Below the pieces are notes generated by a model. That model saw only the letters and a program-made list of their open reading frames with translations. It was not told where the DNA came from and made no database searches. Of a DNA stretch of 64,000 nt, positions 23,801-37,942 are shown piece after piece (the stretch's first letter is position 1; the number at the start of each line of letters is the position of its first letter). Made by a program: the position numbers and the translations under genes. Source of the stretch: Phyllosticta citribraziliensis. Lineage: Eukaryota. The stretch lies in contig NW_027117351.1 in the NCBI RefSeq assembly GCF_038025025.1, positions 124,001 through 188,000 of the forward strand, read 5' to 3'.

Positions 23801-26800
23801 AGTCCAAGGACGACGCAAAGTTCGAGGAGTGGCTCAACAATGCACAAAAAGATCCCCTTTGGCTTCGAAAAGGCAACTTCTCCATCTCGGATGAGGAACA
23901 CTACATCATCACCAACTTTGTTTGGAGAAACCTGACAAACTTGGTTCGCGCCGCATCCACCAGACGCTTTCCCGTCCTCATCCAAGGTCCCACATCATCA
24001 GGAAAGACCAGCATGATTGAGTATCTCGCCAAACGCTCTGGCAACAAGTTTGTCCGCATCAACAATCACGAGCACACGGATCTGCAGGAATACCTCGGCA
24101 CCTACATTTCAGGCAATGACGGCAAGCTCCAATTCCAGGAAGGTGTTCTAGTCAAGGCTCTCCGCGAGGGACATTGGATCGTTCTTGACGAACTGAACCT
24201 GGCCCCAACCGATGTCTTGGAAGCACTCAATCGCCTGCTCGACGACAACAGGGAACTCTTGATCCCAGAGACCCAGGAAGTCGTCAGACCGCATGAAGAT
24301 TTCATGCTATTTGCCACCCAGAACCCTGCCGGACTTTACGGCGGCAGAAAGACTCTTTCGCGTGCGTTCAGGAATCGATTTCTGGAGCTGCATTTCGACG
24401 ACATTCCCGTCAACGAGCTGAAATTCATCTTGGAGCGGAGGACCCAGCTGCCTCGTTCCTGGTGTGACCACATCGTCAACGTTTACCGAGAGCTTTCTAT
24501 TCTACGTCAGACCAACCGTCTCTTTGAGAGCAAGAGTTTCGCAACGCTCAGAGATTTGTTCCGATGGGCCATGCGCGGACCCGAAACCGCACAACAACTA
24601 GCCGAACAAGGCTACATGCTTCTAGCTGAACGCGTCAGAAAGCCCGAGGAACGATTGGCTGTCAAGCGAGTCATTGAAAAGATCATCAAGCAAACCAACA
24701 TCGACGAAGCCGTTTTGTACTCGCCGGATCGGACCCCAGAGATTCGCACCTACGAAGAAAATGTCAACTCTGACGGCGTCGTGTGGACGAAGGCTATGCG
24801 TCGACTTTACGCTCTGGTTGCGAATGCCCTACGTTACAACGAAGCCGTGCTTCTCGTCGGTGAAACTGGCTGCGGAAAAACCACGGTTTGCCAGATGCTT
24901 GCCGATGCCTTTAAAAAGCAGCTCTTCATCGTCAACGCCCACCAAAACACGGAGACGGGAGATTTGATTGGCGCTCAGAGGCCAATTAGAAATCGTGCAT
25001 TCCTCGAGGACCACCTCGCGCGAGACTTGCGTGCTGCTCTGGCTGAGACTGGCACGGGCTTGGAGACCCTCGACGAAATGTTGCGCGTGTACGAAAAACT
25101 ACTCAAAGAACAGCCCGACTTCATTGGCGAAGAAGTCAAACGATCCATTCACGCACAGCGTATCAAGTTGAGCTCTCTCTTCGAGTGGGCCGATGGAAGT
25201 CTCGTCACGGCCATGAAGTCGGGCAACTATTTCCTGTTGGACGAAATCTCTCTCGCCGACGATTCTGTTTTAGAACGCCTGAACAGTGTCCTCGAATCCT
25301 CTCGCTCTCTTCTCCTCGCCGAAAAAGGACCAAATGACTCTTACGTCAAAGCATCCCCTGGATTCCAGTTCCTGGCAACCATGAACCCTGGCGGAGATTA
25401 CGGCAAGAAGGAGCTTTCCCCGGCTCTGAGAAACCGTTTTACGGAAATCTGGGTTCCCGCTCTCACCGACCTCGACGACATTACCCAAATCGTCAAGGCC
25501 AAACTGGCGCCTCCAGCGATGCAGTACGCCGAAACGATTGTCGCTTTCTCGCAATGGTTCAACGAAAAGTACAACACTTCGGCTGCGTCTTCCATCTCCA
25601 TCAGAGATACCTTGGCGTGGGTCAGTTTCGTCAACCGCTGTGACCCTCTCTTTGGTGTCGTTCAAGGTGCAGCAATGGTTTTTGTGGACACCCTCGGTGC
25701 CAACCCCGCGGCTCTGCTTGCCATATCACCAGCCAACCTCGACAATGAAAGAGCAATGTGTCTTGAGAAGCTCAGCGAGCTGGTCGGAGCCGACGCCAAG
25801 GAAATTTACTTTGCCCCAACAGAAATCAGCACTTCCGACTCGTCACTCTCCATTGGATCATTCTCTGTGCCTCGGAGTGGTTCGGGTGCGTCAGATCCTT
25901 CCTTTTCCATGAAGGCACCGACGACCAAATCCAACGCGATGAGAGTGCTCCGCGCGCTACAACTCTCCAAGCCTATTCTACTCGAAGGCAATCCTGGTGT
26001 CGGCAAGACATCCCTCGTCACCGCCATTGCCAAAGCTGTTGGAATACCTCTGACGCGCATCAACCTGTCAGAGCAAACTGACTTGATGGACCTGTTTGGT
26101 TCGGACGTCCCTGTCGAGGGAGCTCAAGCAGGAACCTTTGCCTGGCGCGACGCGCCTTTCCTCAAGGCCATGAAGAATGGCGAGTGGGTCTTGCTGGACG
26201 AGATGAACTTGGCTTCCCAGTCTGTCCTCGAAGGTCTCAATGCCTGTTTGGATCACAGAGGAGAAGTGTACATTTCTGAGCTCGACCAAACCTTCCACCA
26301 ACACGCTGGATTCCGAGTATTTGCTGCACAGAATCCTCACCACCAAGGAGGTGGACGAAAGGGTCTTCCAGCCTCCTTCGTCAATCGATTTACCGTCGTG
26401 TACGCAGACGTGTTCCGACCCGACGACCTCGCCTTGATCTGCAAACAGCAGTTTCCCGCTTGTCCAGAGGACGTCGAGTCGCTCATCGCCTTCATTTCTC
26501 GTCTCGAAGAAGAGGTCGTCAACCGCAAGTTTGGCTCTCTGGGTGGTCCTTGGGAATTCAACCTTCGAGACACCCTCCGGTGGCTGCAGCTCCTCACATC
26601 CTCCCAAGGACTGCTTCCTGCTGGTGCCTCGAGAGACTTTCTCGACACCATTGTCACTCAGCGGTTCAGAACCGACTTGGACCGCAGAATGGCCATTCAA
26701 CTATTCGACAAGTGCTTCCCCGAAACAGGCAAGCGCAACCGCTTCTTCCACAACATTGGCAAGGACCACATTCAGGTAGGCTTGGGAATGCTCCCCAGAA

Positions 26801-29800
26801 ACCCCGTATTGCAGCCCCTCCGCTCCTCGTTCGAGACGAGAAAATCAAAGCTCTCGGTCATGGAGTCCATGATGATTGCCGTCCAGCTCAACTGGCCCGT
26901 CATTCTAGTTGGACCACCAGGCTCCGGCAAGTCGAGTCTCATTCGACACCTTGCCGCCGCCGTAGGCGCCGAGCTCGTCGTCAGCTCCATGAATGCAGAC
27001 ATTGACGCCATGGACCTGGTCGGTGGATACGAACAGATCGATCCGTCCCGGGCCGTGATGCGCTTCTTGGAAAGGCTAAGTGTTTTCTCTCGAACTTCCG
27101 TCATCTCCCATCTCGTTTCTCACCAGCCGTCATCTCAGCTCGATCTGTTGCTTTCACTTTCTCGTCTGTCTTCTTCGCGGGTGGACCAATTGGACTTTGG
27201 TGCGATTCGAGAACTACTGACAAAGCTCCCTGCCTCCGACGAGTTACTCGCAGAGCTCAATCTGGTAGAAAAAGAGGCCAAGACAGTCGACCAAGCTCGC
27301 TTCCAATGGGTCGACGGGCTCCTCGTCCAAGCACTGGAACAGGGCAAGTGGCTCATCTTGGACAATGCGAACCTGTGCAGCAGCTCCGTTCTCGATAGGC
27401 TCAACTCCCTGCTCGAGCCGAATGGCTACTTGAGCATCAACGAGCACAGCACCGACGATGGAGAGGCAAAGATTGTGTTGCCGCATCCAAACTTCCGCAT
27501 CTTCATGACCATGGATCCCAGACACGGCGAGCTGAGTAGAGCCATGCGCAACCGCGCCATTGAGATCTTCATGATGTCGGATGACGAGCCTGAAAAGGGG
27601 CTCTACGCCTTCCGGCTAGAGTCTTCATTGTACAGGTTCCGCCATCTGGAACTCCTCGGCGATGCATCCAGTGACATTCTCACTCGTACCAGTCTGGATC
27701 ACTTGGGCCGAGATGATTCTGCCAAGCTAGCTGCCTTTTACGAGCAAATTTCTGCAGGCTTGATCAATGTCCGCGACTTATGCAGTCTGCAAGAGCAAAT
27801 GCCCTTCTTTTCCCACCTCCCCCAAGAGTGGATGTCTCGAGCAAACGAGCTTGTCGCAGCCCAAGCGAAGCTGATCGGGGCAGGGGACGACTTTCAATCC
27901 GCGCAGGTCAGTGACCTCGCTCCTGTTTCCATAAAACAGATGCTGATAGTTGCGTGCCTTATGTAGACAATGAATCCGTTGAACAACCAAGCGCTCGTCT
28001 ACAACCAGTGTGCTCCCAACTCCTACTGGCTGGCTGCGTTGTTTGAACTCTGCCAGGATCTCCACAAAATGCGCGAGTCGCTTCGCACCGTCGAGGAGGC
28101 GTCGAGTAAGCTCAAGATCAAGGATAGGACGAGGCTGGGACGTAGCTTGGTGCCCTCGAAAGCCTCCAAGGCGCGCGACGACTTGGCCGGCGTTGGCCCT
28201 TTTTTGAAAACCACGTGGGAGAGCCTTGCCAGCTGGACTGAACAAGTCTTGCGCGAAGGCGTCGACGACGGTGCCGCTCTGGAGTCGATAAAAGTCGTTT
28301 GCCAGTTCTGGAACGACCTGTACCGCCTCACGAATACCGCTGCGGTCGACGAAGCCGTCTTCCAAGTCTATCTGGCAATCGGCCAGGAATGCCTCCAATC
28401 CTTCCAATGCTTGAGCAGCCAATCCGAACATCTGCTCGAAGCTCTGCAAAACGCATTCCACGGCCTTAAAATGGAAAGCCAGCTCCGCACCGGCCTGAGC
28501 ATGGAAGTCCTGTGGCAGCGCTTCAAACCGCACACGCCGCCCACATACGACGGGCTGCTTGGCCTGCTGAAGCTGGAGGGCCTGGCGGACAGGTTCGACG
28601 AGGCTGTGTGGAAGGTCGACGTGCCGCTGGCGGAGCTGGCGAGGGTCAGGATGAGTCTGTCCAGTGCTCTCGAGCTGGTGTCGACGCGCAGTGTCCCTGC
28701 CGAGGAGCTGGTCGCTGATCTCGAGACCGCCATTGACGAGCTGGAAAAGAATGTCCCCGAAGGTCGCGAGCCAATCAGACCGTTCTTCGAGGACGCCTTT
28801 GAAGGTCTCTGCCAATATGCTGATCTCGTTGATGCACAGAATGATGGCACAATGGCGCTCGCAACGCTTTTGGCAAGGCGGCCGACGAGGGCAGCTTCAA
28901 ACGACGTCAACGAAGTTCTAAACGGCAGACTATCTCAGTACCTTGGAGGCAACAGCGACGCTGGTCCCATTGCTGTCAGACAGTCTTACCACGTCCATCT
29001 CCTCGAGCATTTTGGTACCGTCGGCGATGCTTCCCTTTCCCGGATGAGTCTACTCCAATCGGAGATGCAAGTCCTCGGCCAGGCGCTTGCTCAGCAGACC
29101 GGAAACATGATGGTCGATCAGACGGCGCTTCTCGACAGGCTCCACCGGGGTCTGTTGCAGGAAATCTTCACGTCCCATGCCGACCTCCTGCAGGATGGAA
29201 CCCCTGTTTTGAAATCGGATCTGTCCGACAACCACTACTTCCACACGGCCCTCCGCCTACTCCAAGACAGCATCTCTTACGTGTCGTCCCAGAATGTTGC
29301 CCCATGGCAAGCATGGATCGCGCTCGCGATTGGATGTCTCTGGCTGTACGTCCCGGACAAACCCTTCGACCCGGCGCTCCGTCCGCTCGTCGAGCGTGGC
29401 CTGTTCGGATCGAAACGCGAAAGCCTTCTCGCCAGCCTGTCAGCTCTTCGCCACTTTGAACAAGCATTCAGCGGACGCGAAGACAACCTGCGCACCCAGC
29501 TCATCCAGGACGACATCGAACGGATGGGCGCGGAACCGTCGGTCCCCCAAATCGCCCGACCGCCCACCTCCGAACTCGCACAGCTGTCTGGCGAGTTTGG
29601 CAATCTGCTGAGGATCCTGGATGGCTTGGTCAGGGCGATTGAGAGTGGCGATGGCGAGTTTGTCAAGGATCCGACGCTGGAAATCAACATTGGGCAAGTG
29701 GTCAAGAGGTTGAGCGAAGGCTATCGTGCGTACGACGACATTACGGGACCTGCTGTCGCATTCTTGCAGTGCTTGAGGGTCGGAGTCATTCTGGCGGAGG

Positions 29801-32800
29801 ATCGGCAAAGTGTGGATCCGACAATGACTTACCTGGTCGCTCACACCCCCTTCATGAATCGTGGAGGCGAGCTCCTCTCCAAAGACTTTGAGATCCTGCA
29901 GCCCCGGAACAAGGTGGCTGATCTCCGCTGGCACGCTCTCAACGCCCTAGCCGTCACCGCAAGCATCGAACCGGACCGCATCCTGCCAATCCACGAGCGA
30001 ACGACCGTCCACGACATTTTCGTGAGCTTCTACACGCAGTGGAAGGAGAAGCTGGAGGCCGATCAAGAAAAGGCGGCCGAGGACACAGGTCTCTACAAGT
30101 TCAAGGGCGACCAGGATGTCGAAGAAGAGGCGACCGAGGAAGAGCTGCGGGCCATGTTCCCGGACTTTGAGCAGGAACCAGCATCGAATCCCGAATCCCC
30201 GCAGGAACTCACCCGCAGACTGGCTTCGGCCCATGCCGACATATTCATCCACAAGACTCGACCGACCGACAAGATTCGCAGTCTGATGGACAAGGCCGTC
30301 CAGGCAATCAGCCGCGGGCAAGTCAAGAACGCTGGCGGACAGGATGGCCTCCACGCAACTCTGCCGGCGATATTCCTGACGTTGCACCAACAGAGCGAGG
30401 ACCTCCTGCAGGACACGCCATCCAGCCGGCACTACAACTTTTACACCGACGCCAACGTCGGCGAGGCCAAGAAGCTGATCGAGCTGATTCACCGCGTCCA
30501 GAAGCGGTTCCGCCAAATTCGCGACGTATGGCCCGAACACGCCACGCTGAGCGACGTCCTCTTCCTCTGCGACGAGTTGCTGGCGTTCAAGCACGTCGAG
30601 CCCGTTGCCAAGTTCCTGACCAAGGGCGAGAAGCTGCACGCGGCCATTTACCAGTGGCAGCAAGTCGCCAGCCGCGAGTACAGCGCCGCGACCCTGTACA
30701 ATGACGCGACGAACCTGCTAATCAGCTGGCGGCAGCTGGAGCTCACCACCTGGGCCAAGCTGTTCGACATTGAAACCGAGAGGAGCTACGAGGACGGAAA
30801 AGGCTGGTTCTTTATCGCCTTTGAGACGGTCGTCGTGGCGGCTGAGAGTCTCGGCGATGCGGCGTCGGTGGATGACCACGCCACCCAGTTGCTCAAGACG
30901 CTGGAGCTCTTCGCCCTGAGCACGACTGCCGGCCAGTACTCGTCTCGTCTGAGGCTGCTCGAGCAGCTCCGCGAGCACGTGGCCCTTCGGGAGATGGACG
31001 TGCCGTCCATCAAGCCAGTCCGCACGGCGCTCGACAACTTCATCCGCTACTTCATCCGCTACGAGCAGCCCGTCCGCGACATGGTGGCCAAGGGGCGCGT
31101 CGATCTGGAAAAGAAGGTCAAGGAGGTCATCAAGCTGGCCAGCTGGAAGGACCGCAACATCGACGCGCTGCGGCAGAGCGCAAAGACGTCGCACAACAAG
31201 CTCTTCCGCCTCGTGCGCAAGTTTAGAGTCTTGCTCAACCAGCCCGTCCAGTCGGTTCTCTTGCAAGACTTTCCAGAGGGTCCAAAGATGACTTCCACCC
31301 ACACGCAATCGCAAGCCGTTGAAGTCAACCTGGCGCCCGAGACTCTCGCCCTGTGCGAATACGTCCCGAGCTGGGCGACGCGTCCGTCTCGCTTCAAGGA
31401 TGTCCACGCCACGGTCCGCTTGATGCACAAGATGGCCAGACCGCGCGGTCCCAACGGACCGTCGCACATTGGCGAGTTTTTGGAGCACCTCGAGACGTCC
31501 ATGGCCGAGTTGCAAAAGGCGACACCATCCACGCTGACCGAGGAAAACAAAAACGACGTCAAGCACCTCAAGTCGCAGAAGCGCAAACTTTTCACCGACA
31601 CACTTAAAGTAATTCGCGAAATGGGCTTCCGCTCGCACGTCGGCGGCGACGTGCTCGCAAAGCAAGACTCGCTGGCGACGGTGCTCGCGCGCTTGCCAAA
31701 CATTCCTCCGTCGACGGCCGAGTCGTACCTGCACAGGACGCTCAATCTGATGCAGCAGGTCCGCGACATCTCGAGGGAGCACTCGGGCGACTTGACAAAC
31801 GCAGACGTGGCGCGCTCCGTGGCCAACTTTGAGAGCATGCTGCACACGTCCATCAAGCAGCGCGAGGCACTCTCCAAGGCCCTCGAAGACGAAGCGTTGC
31901 TGGGCCGCACCATGGAGCAGATTGATGCCCTCTCGTCCAACTATCCCGACGCGACGACGCAGCGCTTCGATCTGCCGACGGCGACTGTGGCGTGGGTGCC
32001 CCCGATGCTGCGCGTAGGTGCGCAGATTGTTGCCGCGCAGGCAAAGCTCGGCAAGCTGGCCGTCGACGATGTCGTTCAAGGCCTCGACACGCACGCGTCA
32101 GCGATTCAAGATTTGCTCCAGGAGGTGTCGCAATTACCTGCCTTGCCCAAGGGCATCGCCTGTACAGCCCACGAAACCATGGCCACGCGCATCGGGTCCG
32201 CGCTGGACGAAATCCGCTCCAAGATTTCGCAGTGGCAGCGCGACTTCCCAGTGCTTGACTACATCCTCCAGCGCATTCTGCCCTGGTTGCAAGTCCCCAC
32301 CTCGGCCAATGGTATCGTAGGCGCCACCACGAGCATTCCAGACGTCAGCAACAAGGTGTTCGCCGCGCTCGACGCCGTGCTGGGCTCCATGCAAGACGTG
32401 GAAAAGGCGCACGACGCGATCCCCGAGTCGGTCGAGCTGCCGTCGTGGCTGGTGTCGGAGAGCAACGCGCTGGCCGCCAGCTGCAAAGCGCTGCACGCCG
32501 CCAGCATCGACAATGCTCTGCGCGCTGCACTGAACTCGCTGCATCAGCTTCCTGTAGACGAGTTGAAGGCCGCCGGAGCCATGGTGACGGCGCTGGCCCC
32601 CATCGTCGCCGAGTATCGCGTCACGCAGCGCGACGCCATCGCGCGGTTCGGCCAGTTGCACGAGGCTACGTGCCGCATGAACTATCGACTGGCGAAATCG
32701 TTCATCGTCGTCGGCACGCGCGGGTTCTGCACGCCGTCGGAAGCGGCGGACCAGCAAGGCGGGCAGTCGGACAAACTGGAGGGCGGCACGGGCCTGGGCG

Positions 32801-35271
32801 AGGGCGAGGGCGCCGAAGACATTAGCAAGGACATTGGCGAGGACGAGGACATGACAGAACTTGCCCAAGACAAGGGCGAGAAGGAGGACGAACGCGACAT
32901 TGAGGACGAGCAAGACGCAGTCGATATGGGTGAGGACGAGATGGAGGGCCAGATGGGAGACGCGCCGGAGAAAGAGGACGAGGAGGGCGACGAGGAGAAG
33001 GAAGGCGAGGACGACATGGAGGACGAGACGGGCGAGGTCGACGACTTGGGGCCCAGCACCGTCGATGAGAAGATGTGGGATGAAGGTGGCGACGAGGATG
33101 ATAAGGATCGCGAGGCCGAAGACACAAAGGGGTCGAAGGACAAGGAAGAGAATGCCGCGGCTGCAGAAAAGGAAGGCGAGAAGAAGAGCGAGGGAGAGGA
33201 AGCTGCGGACGAAGAGGAAGAGCCCGAGCAAGGCGCAGAGGAGGAGGAGCGCGTCGGTGGTCCAGAAGAGACTGAGCAGATGGACCCGCACACGGAGCAG
33301 GGAGAGACGTTGGATCTGCCCGAAGACCTCAACTTTGATGAAGACCAAAAGTCGCAGGCTGATTCAGACGGCATGGACGACATGGACGACATGGACGACG
33401 CCATGGAAGAGGAAGGCCCCGCGGAAGGAGAGGAGCAGCAAGCCGAAGAAGGGGCGAACGAGGAAGACGCCCCTGCCGAACTCGACAACGAACCCGAAGA
33501 GGCCCCTGGCATCGACGACGAGAACAAGGAGGAGCAAGCGGTGGAGCCTGAAGAGAAGCAAGAGGAGGAGAATAATGAGCAACTCAAGGGCACCGATGAG
33601 ATGCAAATCGAAAAGACCGAGGACGACGCCGCCGCAGAGACTGGAGTCGGCCTCGATGCCAACGACGACACCTCCAACGACAAGGACGAGTCGAGCGGCG
33701 CCCAGAGAGAAGAGGGCGCAGAGGGCGACTCGGCCGAAAACCAGCAGGCTGAGAGCGAGGAGCAGGGCGCCCGTGGCAACGCAGCTCAGCAAGACGCTGT
33801 CGGCCATGACGACGAACTGCAAGCCGCCGAAGAAAGCCAGCCGTTCAAGAAGCTGGGCGACATGCTCGAAAAGTGGTACAACCAGCAACGCCAGATTCAA
33901 AACGCTTCGAAAGAGGAACGCCCTCAACCACAAGAAAAGGACGCCGACATGGCCGATGGCGACTTTGAGCACCTCCCCGACGACGACGCCGAGGCCGACG
34001 CGCAGGCTTTGGGTGCGGCGGAGGAGGACCAGGCCAAGGCGCTGGACCGCGAAATGGCCCAGGACGTCAACGAAAAGGCCGAGCTGCCAGAAAATCTCCC
34101 GCAAGAGGTCTCGGAGCAGGAGGCGAATCAAGACGAGGACGTCCAGATGCAAGACGCCGAGCCGGCGCTCAAGGATGCGCCTGAGGAACAAGAGCAATCA
34201 AACGGACAGCCCAACGCCTTTGTTGGCGAGAAGCGCGAGCAGCCCGACGCCCACTTCGAAGACGACCTGCAAAACCCGCTGGGCGACGAAAGCGACGCCG
34301 AGATCGAAGAAGTCGAGCACTCGCTCTCCACCACATCGCTCTCAGAAGACTACCCGCGCAGCGCCGAATCCGCCCGCGCGCTCTGGCAACACCACGAGGC
34401 GACGACGCGCACGCTGTCGCAGTCGCTCACTGAGCAACTCCGCCTGATCCTCGCGCCTACCCTGGCCACAAAGATGCGCGGCGGCCACCGCACGGGCAAG
34501 CGGCTCAACATGAAAGCCATCATCCCGTACATCGCGTCGCAGTACAAGCGCGACAAGATCTGGCTGCGGCGCTCGCTCCCATCCAAGCGAGCCTACCAAA
34601 TCATGCTGGCGCTCGACGACTCGCGCAGCATGGGCGACGCCGGCACGTCCGCCCTCGCCTTCGAAACGCTCGCCCTCGTCTCCAAGGCCCTGTCCCTCCT
34701 CGAAGCCGGCGACATGTCCGTCGTGCGCTTCGGCGCCGACGTGCGCGTCGCGCACCCCTTCGACGCCCCCTTCGGCAGCCAGGCCGGCGTCGACGTGTTC
34801 CGCCAGTTCGGCTTCGGCCAGGACAAGACGGACGTGCGCGCGCTGGTCGAGGCCGCCATATCGCTGTTCCGCGACGCGCGCGCGCGCGCCTCGGGCGCCG
34901 CCGCCGAGCTGTGGCAGCTGGCCCTCGTCATTTCCGACGGCGTGTGCGGCGACCACGAGTACGTCGCCAGACTAGTGCGGCAGGCGCAGGAGGAGCGCAT
35001 CATGATCGTCTTTGTGGTCGTGGATGCGCCGGGGGGAAGCAAGACAAACCAAGCCGCTTCCCCTAGCGAGAGTGGTGCAGGCGAGGCAAAGGGCAGCGTG
35101 CTGGATCTGCTGGACGTCCGGTTTGAGGACGGCAAGCTGATCAAGCGGCGCTACATGGACTCCTTTCCGTTCCGGTGGTACGTCGTGGTGCGTGACGTCA
35201 AGGAGCTGCCGGGCGTGCTGTCGACGGCGCTGCGGCAGTGGTTCGCGGAGGTTGTTGATACGGCTTTTTGA
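20806..35271 (+). CDS. MDN1: Midasin (Rea1) AAA+ ATPase, 60S biogenesis, ~4800 aa
   Basis: Six Walker A motifs (GLAGSGKT, GETGTGKT, GPTSSGKT, GETGCGKT, GNPGVGKT, GPPGSGKS), long linker, D/E-rich tail and C-terminal MIDAS (LALDDSRSM). One intron (27907-27966) joins the two large ORFs. Confidence 0.98.
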
Positions 35272-35479
35272 GGTGTGGTGGGCAAGAGAGAGTAGAAAAG
35301 AAAGTGACGGCGTTTGGGTGGTAGACTTGACAGGTTTTGATTTTGCAACTTTTTGTATGAGGCGTCAAAAGGGGAAAAGTGTTGGTTTTTACATATGATG
35401 TGTTTGTAGGTAGATCACTGTACATACAACATACACAGGAATTTGCAACTCGTCCCCTTTCCCTTCCCCCCGCCTCACC

Positions 35480-36902
35480 TCACCTCCACACCCCCATCTT
35501 CGCCACATAATCCCGATACGCAGCAAACAGCATAATGGCAAAACTCTGCGCCTCCGGGCTCTTCGCCGCAGGGACGCGATCGCCCCACCCCAGCGGATTC
35601 ACCACCTGCCCCTGCCCAACAATACCAGTCGCGCGATCCACGACGGCGTCGACGGCTTCCCTCTTGCGATGCGCCCACGCTGCATACCGCTCGGGCGGGA
35701 ACAGCGCCGCGTCGAGGACGACCACCCGGTACGCGGCGGCAGCCAGCAACGCGGTGCCGGCCGCGTCGCCGAACCAAGAGGAGTCGTTGAGGTAGTTGCG
35801 TAGGAGGGGGGAGGGCGGCGAGGCGGCATCGAGGCAGATGGCGGCATCGAGGATGCGCTTGATGGTCGAGGCGAGGCGGGACGTGTCGAGTTCGGGAGCG
35901 AGGAAAGGGCGCGCGCGGTATATGGTGGCGAGGACGCGCGCGGCGCCGTGAGCTGCCCATGCGTTGCCGGTGCTCCAGAGGCCGGGGTCTGCGTTGACGG
36001 GGCCGACGATGTGGCGCCAGAGGCCGGCGGGAGAGATGGAGGAGAGGGGGGTGGGTTCTTGTCGTATGCTCTTGCGTTTACTCTCGCCGGTCTCCCCCCC
36101 TGACTTCCCCTCTTCCTCTTCCTCCTCCTCTTCGCCCCCTGATCCACCACCACCGCCGTCATCCCCACAAGCACACCCTACTCCCTCGACGGCAAGCACT
36201 TCGCCATACAGCTCCACCTGCCGCCCCGCCTCTGCCAGCGCCGCCGCATCGCCCGCCGCAACGGCGTAGTACGCCAGGAAAGGCGGGACCATTGAGACGA
36301 AGTCGGCCCATAGCTCGGCGTAGCCTTCGCGGTGCGATATGGCGCCGTTGGGCCAGCGCGGGACGGTCTGGACGAGGTGCTCGTACTGCCGTTGGGCGGC
36401 GGCGTGGTAGCTGGGTGTGACGGCGCCCAGGAGTACGGCGGAGACGCCGAGGGAGGCGGGGTCTGCGGAGGAGCCTGCGCGGGTGTAAGTGAAGTTTTGA
36501 TGATTATACAGGGAGATCTGGTGAACGAGAACGGGTCGGTTTTCTGAAACAGAAAAACGGCTGACAGGGGTGCAGCGAGCGCAACGAAAAGGGGGCGCAA
36601 ACAAAACTCCCACAACCACCACCCCCGCAAAAAAAGAACGAAAAGCCATACCGTCACCATCAGCCAACGTCACGTTATCCAGATAAATATGCCTCAAGGC
36701 ATATCTTAACCCAGCAACATCATTCGGATCCGTCCGCGGAACAGACGCATTTGGGAAAGGGTCGTCCGCAAAGACGGAGTACAGCGGGTCGTACCACTCG
36801 AGGAGCGCCTGCGACAGCGTGCCCCACTCCCAGCTGTGCGTGGCCAGCAGCTGTGCTTGCCCAATGAGCTGCGTCATGTATGGCGGCGGGGCGACGGCCA
36901 TG
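35480..36902 (-). CDS. Six-hairpin glycosidase, GH105/GH88-like
   Basis: Motifs HSWEWGT, ADPASLG, NGAISHR, ELWADFVSMVPPFLAYY, WSTGNAWAAHG and SPEAQSF. In-frame 177-nt GT-AG intron at 36475-36651. Start codon uncertain. Confidence 0.85.
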
Positions 36903-37942
36903 TTGGTTGTGGTGAGGCGAAGGGAGAGGTGGAGGTGGACGCCCGTGGTCAGGGGCTTGGGTTTAGTTGTGCAGGAGATGGAAAGTTGCAGAGGCGTCCA
37001 TGAGATGCGATGGTATTCTTGAACCGCTGCCCTGAACACCTTGCCCAGGCAAATACGTCCCTACGCAGCGAGCTGAGCCGAGCTGGACTGAACGCACACC
37101 CGTCCAGTCGGCATGCCAGCATCCGAATGAAGGGCCGCGACTGGACGCGTCTCCGATCAGCGCTAGGAACCAGAAACAAACGACAGGGCTCACCATCCCG
37201 TACCGTACCCGGAGTAGAGTGCGCCCTGAAGTGTGCAGGGTTTTGTGGGGGAGGGACAGCCGCCCCCGGTTTAGCTATTGCCTGTTCGGGTTTAAGCGCA
37301 ACTGCTTGTCTGCCGCGCTTGTCTTGTCCGCAGCGCAGGCCAACTGAACTTGAACTTCACCTCGTGAGCACCTACCGTACGCATGGACATTTGCGCCGAG
37401 GAAAGTTGATGATTAAGACGTCTCGCGCTTGCACCTCGACCTGACGTTGAGCAAGTGTTCTTCAGACTGATGATTTTTGCTGTCCATTTCCATCCAACGA
37501 GACCGTCCTGCCTCGAGTACCACTTCACCCACTGTTCTCTGCCGGCCTCCGCTTATCGCCTTTCCAGCCGTTCATGTTTGCCGCAAATATGAAGATGCAA
37601 CAAGAAAGAGACGAGAAGACGGAAAAGACGACAGGTACATTAAACATGAAGATGTACTGTAAACACTATTGCCGCCGTCGCCATACGTGCTAGCATACTG
37701 AATAAGTGGATAGGTATCGAGCAGTGTAGGAAAGAAGGGAGGTAGGGGGGAATGAAAAGAAACCAGGTAAAAATGCCTTGGGATGGACGCAGGCTGTACT
37801 TTCCAGCGCAGTCGTTTGACCAAACCAGACCCTAAGCGTCCAGTCCATTCGTATGCGAACCCACTTTCCCTTGTGCGCCGCCAACGCCATACGACCAAAT
37901 GACAGAGATTCGAAGACGCCGCATCATCTAGAGATGCACGAA

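Noticed and set aside
27907..27969. Midasin apparently split into two genes
   Set aside because: A canonical 60-nt GT-AG intron with a CTGAT branch site joins the two ORFs in frame.
27778..35144. Many long antisense or alternate-frame ORFs inside MDN1 (e.g. 30718-32094, 32134-33348, 32861-34447)
   Set aside because: Expected shadows of GC-rich codon usage and the D/E-rich tail; the translations are low-complexity with no motifs.
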